From NCBI GenBank assembly GCA_946965045.2, contig OX337231.1:3844001-3908000 (forward strand): 64,000 nt of DNA. The letters run 5' to 3'. Both the position numbers and the translations under genes were made by a program. Below are positions 22,289-33,116 of the stretch, in pieces. Source of the DNA: Epithemia pelagica (Eukaryota; Protista; Bacillariophyta). The notes beneath the pieces were generated by a model. The model was not told the origin of the DNA. It worked only from the letters and a program-made list of their open reading frames with translations, and made no database searches. The stretch's first letter is position 1. Each line of letters starts with the position of its first letter.

Positions 22289-23828
22289 CTATTTGTTCGT
22301 TTCATAGTTGTTTTTCTCAAGATAGTTCCTTACCCACTCCAATACTTCTCGATCATCCTCGTCAAAGAGTCCAATATCGTACAACATCTTGAGACGTTCT
22401 ATTGTAAGCGACCAAGGTGTATTTCCAAGCATCCACCAAAATAGCTGATTTCTCTGGTTTCTCATCCAACTCATCAGTGGAGATGGATCGTGTTTGTTCA
22501 TTAAAGGAAATCTTCCGCGTCTTTGTTTGTATTCCACCAGTTGTTGATATCGCTGCATCCAGGCATCATCCATTGCATCCCAAACAAATCCAATCTCCTC
22601 CAGCATAGAAAAGCGCTCATTCGTCATTGCACTCGACTGTTTGTCTTTTTGTCGAAGTCGGTAGTATTTACGTTGGTTATTTACCCATATACCCAGTCCC
22701 TTATTGGCAGAGTAGGTTTGAGGGACATTGCAGTGCCCGTGAGTTGCTTTGAACTGTATAAGTTCGTCGTATCGAGTCATCCAAGCACTTTCCAGTGCAT
22801 TCCATACAAATCCAATCTTTTCCAACATACCAATGCGCTCAGTAGTCATTGCGCTTGATTCTTTGCTTCCTTGTCGAAGTCGGTAGTCTCTGCGTTGGTT
22901 ATTTACCCATATAGCCAGCCCCTTATTGGCAGAGTAGTCTTGAGGGACATTGCAGTGCCCGTGAGTTGCTTTGAACTGTATTAGTTCGTCGTATCGAGTC
23001 ATCCAAGCACTTTCCAGTGCATTCCATACAAATCCAATCTTTTCCAACATACCAATGCGCTCAGTAGTCATTGCGCTTGATTCTTTGCTTCCTTGTCGAA
23101 GTCGGTAGTCTCTGCGTTGGTTATTTACCCATATAGCCAGCCCCTTATTGGCAGAGTAGTCTTGAGGGACATTGCAGTGCCCGTGAGTTGCTTTGAACTG
23201 TATTAGTTCGTCGTATCGAGTCATCCATGCGTTTCCCTGTGCATTCCATACAAATCCAATCTTTTCCAACAAGACTACACGGTTGCCTGCCATTGGACTG
23301 CCAGTGCCTTCCTTCCCTCTGCGGAAGAGTTGTCTCTGTGTATCCACCCAATTCCCCAAGGGAGGATTCTCCTCGTACCGTTTGGGCACCATGCAATGAC
23401 CATGTTTTTTCTGAAACTCAATTAATTCTTGGTATCGAGTCTTCCAAAGAGTTTCTTTTTCGGAGTCTTTGGTAGTAGTTTCTGTGTCGTTGTATCCGAA
23501 CAAATGAGCCAGTGAGCATTTTTTGGTTTCTTGCTGTATTTCTACAAGAAAAGCTCTTTCGCGCATCAAAAATTGACTTACTTGAACTTGATTTTTCATT
23601 CAGTCGCTCCAAATCAATTGCCTTGGCGACAAATTGGCGGGTTGGTGTCCAGTTGTGCTTCGTGGTCAACAACTTTGTAAGAAGATCATTCACGGGTCTT
23701 TCATGGTTTCTTTGCGGTACCAAGCAAGTATAGTAGCGTTGAATAACAGGGCCGCAGAAAGGTCGTTTTGCCATGTTTCGAAGAGGCAACCGACGGACCT
23801 GTGGGAGAAGGGACAGGAATCTCGCCAT
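22289..23828 (-). CDS. HA-repeat protein HA3 (5 HA domains) with predicted mitochondrial presequence, 479 aa, 2 exons
   Basis: Exons 23828-23582 and 23481-22289; 100-nt GTAAGT..CAG intron; 1440 nt in frame. Internal repeats have a 222-bp (74-aa) period and repeats 2 and 3 are almost identical. N-terminus MARFLSLLPQVRRLPLR. Confidence 0.88.
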
Positions 23829-24418
23829 GCTGCCCGTTCGTTTGGATCATCTTGAAGCTGCGTCCGAGATCGTCATGTCTGTGGTTCACATGTAAACTTG
23901 GTCAGTCCGAATCTGTCCATTTCAGTCACGAGTTGTGGATGCTGACTGGTTCCGAATCGAAAAACTAGCAGATCTATGATCTATGCCCATCTTTTTTATG
24001 TATCTCCATATATACTCCAAGACAAGAGTCCTTTCTTTGTTGGTGCATGTTTTAGAGTATTTCGAAATCGCTTCCACCATCTCAGCATCGTACAGATCGT
24101 ACATGGATCCATTCTAGGCAGTAGCCACCGTAACATAGTCAGTTCGTTCGTGTCGATATGTTTCGAAAAGTAGGTGCTCGTCTAGCATCGACCACAAACA
24201 GTTTTCTGTACAAGCAAGAATACAGCACTCTCTTATAATTACAGGTTCCTTTCCGACCGAGGCGACAACACCACACAAAGTCGTATTCTCCTTTCATTAT
24301 CACGATACGCAAACACATGATACATACACAAAGGAGGACTGACACATACCACCCGGCTGCTTTGTTTCTTTGGGTAAAGTGGTATTCTCCGGAAGATTGC
24401 TTCTTCTTTTTGTTGTTG

Positions 24419-25030
24419 TTACTGTTCCAAAAACGATCCTTGATCAAAAATGAACCGTCGTCCCAATTCGACCGTTTCGGCTTGTTCGACGGTATCGACG
24501 GGTGTCAAGGTCCACACTTCGACATTGGCAATGTCAAAGGTTTCCTGCGGGGAATGGTGGAGGTCCTTGTCGTCATGGTTGGGGACCAGGACCAGACGGG
24601 GACTGGTAAGGGTATGGCAGGCATGGGTGTAACCCGTGGACAAGTCGGACGACAAGACGAGAGCGGAACCAAACTCGGCGAGGGATGCGTCCTTGTTGCT
24701 GGATGATTTCGTTGGTGCCTCTTGTGGTTGTTCATTGTCTCCTCCACCCAAAATCATAGGAGCATCGGGACGTTCCAATCATTGAACATTGCGATTCCGG
24801 CCACTCCAGGCATAGATTTGCAAGTCTTCTTCTTCTTCTTCTTCGAGCGTGCTGTACTACAAGTGGAAGCTGTTGAAGCAGGACTTTTTGATTGTACGAT
24901 GCTTGGAGCTAACGAAGGTTAGACAAAAGGTGATGACGGAGGATACGTGTTGAGAGGCAATCAATTTGCGCAAACAGGAAGCTTGCAACGGAGGCAAGGA
25001 GGTTTCTTCCAAGATGGGATGCTCGTTGGT
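24419..25030 (-). pseudogene. Internally deleted TLDc gene copy
   Basis: ILEETSLPPLQASCLRKLIAS... and HL.YSTLEEEEEE are joined directly to DLQIYAWSGRNRNVQ*LERPDAPMILGGG...FDQGSFLEQ. About 0.9 kb is missing relative to 37644-39458, and there is a premature TGA. Confidence 0.85.
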
Positions 25031-25064
25031 TTGGTGGTCACTGGCAGTCATTTTGGGGGTCATT

Positions 25065-25205
25065 GGCAGTAGTACGAAGACATGAGGGTGTAATCCATCC
25101 AACCTCCATCCACACCAACAGTTTCTTGTCGAGTTGTCGAGCTTGCTGCAAGCGTTGGACCAGGGACACAATGGGTCGAGTGGGGATGATATACTCTTGC
25201 GGACA
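25065..25205 (-). pseudogene. Small FAD oxidoreductase remnant (OR-E)
   Basis: QEYIIPTRPIVSLVQRLQQARQ and WRLDGLHPHVFV match OR-A and OR-D. Confidence 0.75.
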
Positions 25206-25602
25206 TGGAATGGAAAGAGGGCACGCACCGGCAAAAGTGCTCGATCCAAAGCGTCGACAAAGGCGTTCAAGCATGAGTGCTTCTTTCAGCTGGAATCTTA
25301 TCTTGCATTCTGTTTTGGCAAGGATATGGTTCCATCATCGATTCATTGGATATTGTGTTGAAAGGTCGAAATTCGTCTCTTTACAATTTGAACCATTCTT
25401 CTTCTTCTTGCCTAATGATGTGTTTTTTGGTTGTGACTGTAATTCTATAGATAGTATAATCCTCTCCGTTTCTTTCCTCGCTTGCTTGTTTGGTTGCCTC
25501 TTCGCTTTCGCAATGCGAAGAACCTCGACCACAGAACGCTGGTTTGGCGAAGGGAAATTGAGACTATGAAGCGGTCGGCTTGCGATATATGGGCGAGTAT
25601 GC

Positions 25603-25983
25603 GTGGTCGCGCGCCTGGCGACCAACCCAACTGGGGAGAAATGGATTCCACTAAACGAAAACGACAGTCAAGATGGAATCCACTTTGGTGTGCTGTGTCT
25701 GCTTGAAACAAAGGTTACTCTTGACTGGGACTTTCTAGAGTACGATGGAGACCATTTGACAGAATTTGCTGGTTACAATTGCCGTGACTGCTCCAACGCC
25801 GTCCCAAAAACGTCCAGCGCCATGAGGAATCACCGCAAATGCGGTCTTTGTGTGCGTACGACGCCATTCCAAAACGATACAATCAATGAAATACAATCCG
25901 CATTATGCTTTGATGCAACTTCTGACCGATCGAAACAGTGTGACAATGCCAGAGCCAAGCAACAGACTGTTCTGTGTCAGTGA
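25603..25983 (+). other. Short ORF resembling a BED zinc finger (possible transposase remnant)
   Basis: WDFLEY...CRDCSNAVPKTSSAMRNHRKC fits the pattern W.xF...C-x2-C...TS.M..H..C. Confidence 0.35.
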
Positions 25984-26332
25984 CACATAATTTTCCTTCC
26001 ATCGTCCAATGATCGTATGCAACTCTACGCATCGCCCACAGTGTACATCGGTAATGGTGTCCCGGTGTATAGTCCTTGGACCCATTGCTTTTACCTTCAC
26101 ACATACCACCAGTAACGCTACAGCAATAACTCATGCTCACATATTTCATTCTATAGTAATAACTCTTCAAACAAACTTGACGAAAAAGACAGTCATTCAG
26201 TCAATGAGCTCCATACTAGAGTCTCGTAAAAGCACAGAAGAAAAGCATCCACATCATTTTTCATTCAGTGAGTTCATGATCTCGCTACGGTCAGGCATCA
26301 TCTGTCAGATCCTCTACACAACCGCATCCTGT

Positions 26333-27929
26333 TCAAACGTTTGCATCCCAAACAAATCCAATCTCCTCCAACATTGAAATACGCTCATCTGTCATTTGAC
26401 TCGATTCGTTGCCTTCTTGTCGAAGTCTGTATTCTGTACGTTGCGTTTCCACCCACTGACTCAGCTCTCTGTTTACAGAGTCATCTTCTGGGACATTGCA
26501 GTCTCCGTGAACTTCTTTAAACAGTTTCAGTTCCTCGTATCGTTTCATCCATGTGTTATCCCGTGTCCGCGTCTCCCAAGAAAATCCAATCTTCTCCAAC
26601 ATTTCAACACGCCAATCTGTCATTGTTTTCGATTCTATGCCTGCTTGTCGAAGTCGGTATGCTTCACGTTGTCTTCGCACCCACCGACCCAACTTTGGGC
26701 TTGGAGTGTAGTCCTGAGGGACATTGCAGTGCCCGTGACTTTGTTGGTACTCTTCCAATTCCTCGTATCGCGCCATCCATGCGCTTTCCTGTAAATTCCA
26801 GACAAATCCAATCTCCTCCAACAAGGTAACCCGCTCACTTGTCATTTGACTCGACTGTTTACCTTCTTGTTGAAGTCGGTAGTCAGTGCGTTGTTTATGC
26901 ACCCACGTACCGAGCTCTTTATTGTTGACAGAGTAGTCTCGAGGGACATTGCAATGTCCGTTAGTTGCTTTGAACTGTTTCAGTTCCTCGTATCGTGTCC
27001 TCCATGCGCTTTCCAATGGATTCCAGACAAATCCAATCTTTTCCAACAAGACTACTCGGTTGCCTGCCATTGGACTGCCAGTGCCTTCCTTCCCTCTGCG
27101 GTAGAGTTGTCTCTGTTTACCCACCCAATGCCCAAGCGAAGGGTTCTCCTTGCACCGATGTGGTACCATGCAATGACCATGTTTTTCCTGAAACTGGACC
27201 AATTCTTGGTATTGAGCTTTCCACAAAATGTCATATTGGGACTTTTTGGTTGTAGTTTCTGCGTCTTTGCATACAAACAAATGATATAGTGAGGCTTACT
27301 ATTCCCATGCTGCATTCTGACAAGAACCCCTGCGCAAAAGAGAAACACTTACTTGGTTCAGAATTCTCAGTGAGATGGTCCCCGTCATGTGAGTTTGCGG
27401 CACTTTCAGACTTCTTAGTTGTAGTTTCTGCGTCTTTGTAAACAAACAAATGATATTGTTAGCCTTGCTATTCCCATACAGCATTCGAACAGGAACTACT
27501 TTATCAAAGAGAAACACTTACTTGTTTCAGAAGTCTCCGTGAGATGGTCCCCGTCATGTAAGTTTGCGGCACTTTCCGACTTCCTTGTTGTAGTTTCTAC
27601 GTCTTTGTAAACGAACCAATGAGCTAGTGAGCTTTGCTATTCCCATGCTGCATTCTGAGAAGGACCACTGCATCAAAGAAAAAAGACTTACTTGTTTCAG
27701 AATTCGTAGTGAGTCCTTCCCCGTCCTGTGACTTTGCGGCAAAGTGGCGGACGGGTGTCCAGTTGTTCTTCGTGGTCAACAACTTTGAAAAGAGGTCAAT
27801 CCGTGGTGTTGTGTCATGATTGCCTTGCGGAAGCAAACGAACAATGGAACTTCGATCAAGTCGGCGAGACGCTGACGTTTTAGCCAGCGTTCGAGTGGCC
27901 AACCAACGTGCTTGTCGATGAAATAGCAT
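26333..27929 (-). CDS. HA-repeat protein HA4 (near-identical to HA2), 437 aa, 4 exons
   Basis: Exons 27929-27692, 27596-27522, 27427-27353 and 27258-26333; the last exon differs from HA2 by Y>C, N>S and A>E. Confidence 0.88.
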
Positions 27930-28295
27930 ACTGTTGTTTTCTACGAACTTGTGTTCAAAGCTAGTCTTGTCTCTTATGTACCAAGAGAAATTATGAGCCG
28001 TCGTTGTGAAACTGTGGCCGGAGTATGCTCGGTCGATATGAATCAAGTTTTTGTGTGGTTTACATGAAAACTTGGGCACAGTCCGAATCAGTCCATTTCA
28101 GTCACGAGTTGTGGATCCCGCGCGAGCATCGCATCGAAGCTACCATAGGAATACCAAACTTCTGCTCGAAGAAGCCGTGCTATATAGCTCGAAAGCATCA
28201 GGCATTGGTCCGGAGGAGGAAAGAAAGCACTGTATCACTGTCATTCCTCTGCATTGTCATGTTTCGTGTTCCCCTGCCTCACTCAATTGGTGACT

Positions 28296-30203
28296 TTAGA
28301 TTGTTTCGTTTGCCGAGGCCCTCTCAAACTTCCACCAATGATCCAGGACCTCTTGACGGAATTGGGGTTGGTCGGCCATGATGCGCAAGACGCTCCATGC
28401 TTGCACAAAGTCGACATTGTCATCTTGTCGTCGAATCAAGACGGCCGCTTGATAGGGATCTTCCAGTGGATCGTTTTCAGAGCGTGGTTGTTGCTTTCGC
28501 CGGTTTTCGAGATAGTCGGTGACATCGTCCTGAGCATCGTACTGTTGGGTTTGGTACGGTACGGAAGAACTGGAGGACGACGAGGACGACGACGACGACG
28601 AGTCGGTTGCATTAGAAGTTGGGTCTTGGTGTTTGACCTGCGTCATTTGAAACAAGCGCATAAAGTTGGAATCGATCCGATCCTTCATGGCAAACACCCA
28701 GGCTCCATACACATAGATACCAAATCGAAGACCCAAGGCCTTGCCGGGTGGCCGCGAGTCGCAGACCAAGAGTCGGAAAAAGTCGGTTTGGGGTTGATAT
28801 TCGACCAACTCGAGTTGTTGTTGGTGGGAGGAGGATTGATTCTTGGAGAAGACTCGCAAGCGATCGAGGTAACGGGTCAGATTTTGCACGAGAATCGGAC
28901 CGGCCCTTACGGCATAGACACCAGCCTTGGGAGGCCATGCCTTGGTAGTTAAAACTGGAGACTTGTCGTCTTTGTCGTTGTTATTGTAGTTGTTGTTGTT
29001 TGGTGGGACCATGGTGGCACAATCACCGGCGGCAAAGACAAAGGGATGCGAAATTGACTGCAAGGTGGGATGAACGGCAATCCATCCTTCGGAAGTAACC
29101 TTCAGCCATGAGTGGTTGTCGGTGTTTGTCGTAGAAGGACCTTGTGGTGGTTGATTTGGAGACGACAGGCAATTGGTGCGAATTAATTCTTGGGGCCCGG
29201 CACCGGTTGCCCAAATGCAATGGTCAAAGGGCAATTCTAGTGAACTAGGTGGTTCTGGTTCTGGTTCTCCATTCTTAGTCTTCACATTGCCTGGTTCGTT
29301 TTGTTGCTGTTGCTGGAGAATGAGTTTGTCCGGCAACACTTGTTTGACACGACAATAGGGTTGGAGTGTGATATTGTTGTGGGCAAACAGCTCACGTAGC
29401 TTGGCTTGTACAATGGTGCTTTCGTGAGGCCACAGCGTTGGAGACGACGATACGAGAGTGACATGAGGATACAATCCATCCAAACTCCATCGAGATGCCA
29501 GAGCCAAGGCCAATTCAACACCAGCCACACCGGCTCCCACCACAATAATCCGTAGCGGGTTCTTGTCGAACGGTAGTTTTTGTTGTTGTTTCTGTAACAG
29601 AGCTTGTTGTCGGGCGTGTTGCAAGCGTTGGACCAAGGCCGCAATGGGTCGAGTGGGAATGGTATACTTTTGCGCTCCCGGAATGACATGCCAGTCGCGA
29701 CTGGCACTGCCCACATCGAGCGACAGGACATCAAACGAAATGGTTGTTTGTGTAGTGTTGGAAGAATTGGAGTTTGTCCCACCTTCGTTGCCACTTGCGA
29801 ACGTCGTAAGAGTCTTGTCCTGGACATTGACTCGAGTAACAGTTTCGGGTACAAACTGAATGTTGGAATCCTTGGCCAAGGCTGCCAAATCAATTTGCGT
29901 GGTTTCCACGTTGGGATACAAATTCGCGATGGCACCGGGTACCATGCCTGAATACGAAGCTTGTGATTGACCATCAATTAAGGTAACCTTGACTTGATCT
30001 TGTGGTCGATGTTTCATGGCTTGAATCACTTGCAAATGAGCATGACCGCCGCCCACCAAGACCAAGTGCAAGGGTTTGTGAGTCGTCGTTGAAGTCATGC
30101 TCCTCCTCCAGGGTTGAATTCGCCAGCACCCGAGACTGGTCGTCGCTCTCCGTTCGGTCCGAATCGTGCATCGGTTAGTACTACAAAGGGCCCTCCTATG
30201 CAT
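28296..30203 (-). CDS. FAD-dependent pyridine nucleotide-disulfide oxidoreductase (N-terminal-to-SelD / TIGR03169-like) with predicted mitochondrial presequence (OR-D, the intact copy)
   Basis: 635-aa ORF from ATG with motifs LVLVGGGHAH, SYSGMVPG, FDVLSLDVGS, VVGAGVAGVELA, WATGA, FAAGDCA and PKAGVYAVRAGP. Arg-rich 35-aa N-terminal extension; no SelD domain follows. Confidence 0.9.
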   Translation of the reverse strand: MHRRALCSTNRCTIRTERRATTSLGCWRIQPWRRSMTSTTTHKPLHLVLVGGGHAHLQVIQAMKHRPQDQVKVTLIDGQSQASYSGMVPGAIANLYPNVETTQIDLAALAKDSNIQFVPETVTRVNVQDKTLTTFASGNEGGTNSNSSNTTQTTISFDVLSLDVGSASRDWHVIPGAQKYTIPTRPIAALVQRLQHARQQALLQKQQQKLPFDKNPLRIIVVGAGVAGVELALALASRWSLDGLYPHVTLVSSSPTLWPHESTIVQAKLRELFAHNNITLQPYCRVKQVLPDKLILQQQQQNEPGNVKTKNGEPEPEPPSSLELPFDHCIWATGAGPQELIRTNCLSSPNQPPQGPSTTNTDNHSWLKVTSEGWIAVHPTLQSISHPFVFAAGDCATMVPPNNNNYNNNDKDDKSPVLTTKAWPPKAGVYAVRAGPILVQNLTRYLDRLRVFSKNQSSSHQQQLELVEYQPQTDFFRLLVCDSRPPGKALGLRFGIYVYGAWVFAMKDRIDSNFMRLFQMTQVKHQDPTSNATDSSSSSSSSSSSSSVPYQTQQYDAQDDVTDYLENRRKQQPRSENDPLEDPYQAAVLIRRQDDNVDFVQAWSVLRIMADQPQFRQEVLDHWWKFERASANETI

Positions 30204-32616
30204 GGCTGTTGTTGTTGTTCTTGTTGTTGTTGTTTGTAGTGAGGGTGGTTCTGAACGGTAGACGGGTGTGCAGTACTAGTAGTACTTCAAAAATCGCCGT
30301 ATGTGTGTTGTCAATCCTTCTGGTGTCCTTGATTCTGGTTTCTGCCTGTTTTTTGGTGCAAGAGCCTTTCGACCCGTCGTTTTCGTTTTAGAAACCAAAC
30401 CACCACCACCACCCCATTGTCAGAAGATCCAGATCCGATGGATGGCGAAAAAAAGATCCAGTCCTCTGTTCAACGACCCTAATGCGACTCAGAGCGACCC
30501 CCTACGACCCCACACAACCACGTCAAGCGACAAAAAGTCATGTTGTTATGGTGGATGGTGGTTGATGAGTTTTGCATAGAAGAAGACGAATACTCCTAAT
30601 AGAATTTGGAATTAGTACTAGTCGTCTACGAGTACGACTAGTACGAGTATTTGGCTGAGTCATAATTCATAAGTCATAAGTCTGAAGTCGATGGAGTATG
30701 ATTGTTATTGGAACGGACACTCTATTGTATACACCAAACCCTCTACGACGAAGTAGTAATACTTGACTGGTAGGGTATCAGTATCATGGATGGTCACCCC
30801 CTCTTCAGATTCTGTTTGGAGGCCACTCCTAAGGGCAACCAGCACAGCCAACAGAGCATTCGTTCCATTCCCCCCTTTTCAGGTAAAGTCACCCCCAAGT
30901 ACATGATGTGGCTCCGAATGGTTCGGGACTGTCATGGGATGGACTTGAACTAGAAACGCGAACCATTCGGCTCACCTATCAAGGAGTCGGCTACTCGTAC
31001 TCATAACTCGTACTTCGACTGGATTCTGGATTCAGGATTAAAGCTTCTTGACGCGTCAAGTCAAAGATCACGTCTCAGGTCTTTTCGTCAGGACGACAAG
31101 CCCATGTAGCAAAAGATGATGAGCTAGATAGTCTAGTAGAAGCTGCTCTTGTCCTTTCCAAAGTCATCACAACTCATTCTCTACTCTAGAGGTAGGTAAT
31201 CCTAGAGAGAAGTGTCATCCCATTTCAAATGGACTCTCTTCTCTACTAGCTCTACTAGAGAGGAGCAACTACTGTCATGATAGTAAAATTTCGTCATGTG
31301 TCAAAACGTGAATTGCGTCCCAACAAAGAATCTCCCTAAAATCGAACGAAAAAGCCAAGAAGACGGAGCGAACAAGAATGGAAGGTGTTCGCCGGTTGGT
31401 AAAATCTGTCCAATACGAGTAACTCCCAACATCTCATCTATCATCTTCTATCTCTCGTTCGAGTCCCATTTCGCAAGCATCTCTCCTTCAGTCTCACACG
31501 CACAATGAGTCGTTCCCGTGAGAGAATCTCGGCATTTTTGAAAATGTCAGCGGACGAGAACTTCAACCCATGTGCCCTTTCAACGAGGAATGTCGAGGAC
31601 ATGTCTAGATCGATTCCCGTTTGGGTAGTCATGATTTTTTAAAAGACTAATCTTGGATCCTAAATCCCAAGTCTTTTCCATCGCCGATAACTATTACTCC
31701 TATTCCTCTAGCTAGCTGGGTATCTAGGAGAAGGGCCTGCAGAGAGTGTGTGTGGCGCTAGCTACCTCTCTCGAGAGAGTTAGAGGAGTAGGCGCTCAAG
31801 TCGACGGTCAATGGCGACTTTTACCGAGAGTGATTTCGATCCATTCCTTCCATCTGTGGAGCATGTCCTCTCATTCCTCGGACTCCTTCTCATTTACACC
31901 TCATATTCTTTGGAATGACTATACTTTGAATATTGTGAGACTCATTCATCTTGGAGCGCTCGAGAGTTTACAGTCGGAGCAGTTGGAAAAAGTGTTCTTT
32001 TTCTCTCCGATTCTCTGCGATAGTACGTGTGGTTCTGAGTAATTGGAAGGCGGTCGCTCGCGTGGTTTCTCGTGGGTGTGTGTTGCTCTTGTTTTTTTCG
32101 GTTTGCCACCGCGGTCCGCGGTGTCTCTCACGCCCATTTACATTCACAGCCCAACACAAATCCACAGTTGCTCCAAAGACACCCACAAAACGACACCACA
32201 ACAAGAGAAAGAGAGTTGCGTTTGGAAGGGTCGTTCTTGGTGTTGGTTGGTGTCTGTGCCTGTGCATCTCCTTGTGTTTGTCTTTTTGTTTGGATCAAAC
32301 AAGAGAGAGAGAGAGTCTCCTCATTCTCTCGATTTCTATATATATATATATTCGTAGAGAGAGAGAATCACGGTATTGTGATTTCGTGGAACGAGATATT
32401 TGATCGAGTGAGAAAAAAAATCGACGACGAGAGAACGAAACGAGAACCCGCCTGTTGGTTGCCACAACAAGAAGAGTCGAGTGAGAAGGAGAACATTGTG
32501 GGTGCTCTTTGTTGTTATTGTAAGCAGTGATTGTTCTTCTTGTTTCAACCACCACAGAACAACCACAACAACAACCACAACAACATTCAAGCACGAGAAT
32601 AGGAGTGTTGGCGGAA

Positions 32617-32834
32617 ATGGTAGCAGCCACCATGTCGACTCCTCAACAACAACAAATTGTACCATCCGAAACCAGCACTACAAGTTCCATGGACCGGTCC
32701 TCTTCCAAGCCAACTGCGGCAAGTTCCTCCTCTACAACAACAACAGCCTCGAGTAGTCACAAACAAGGACCGTTGCAACAGCCGGCAAACGTGCCACACA
32801 TGGCGGGCCTTCCGTCGTTTGGTGGTCCAGCCGC

Positions 32835-32901
<67 letters not shown>

Positions 32902-33085
32902 GCGGCCATGTCGTCCTCCATGATGCAGCTCAATCCCAATCTGTGGATGCAACAATTCCTGCAGCAGCAGCAGCAACAACAACAACAAGGACAAGCAGGC
33001 ATGACGAGTACTAGTTCCGATTCTCCCTACATGGTCTTGACCAAGCTACCCGTTCAAGCGACACCCTTTGCGCAACAAAACTTTC

Positions 33086-33116
<31 letters not shown>

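Larger units (their letters stand above)
21650..25030. repeat. Inverted segmental duplication, homologous to ~37900-42760
   Basis: The order TLDc, shared 3' flank (CCTCGGTCGGAAAGGAACCTGTAA), HA promoter, 5-repeat HA gene, shared 3' spacer is found on the minus strand here and on the plus strand at 37.6-42.8 kb. Confidence 0.85.
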
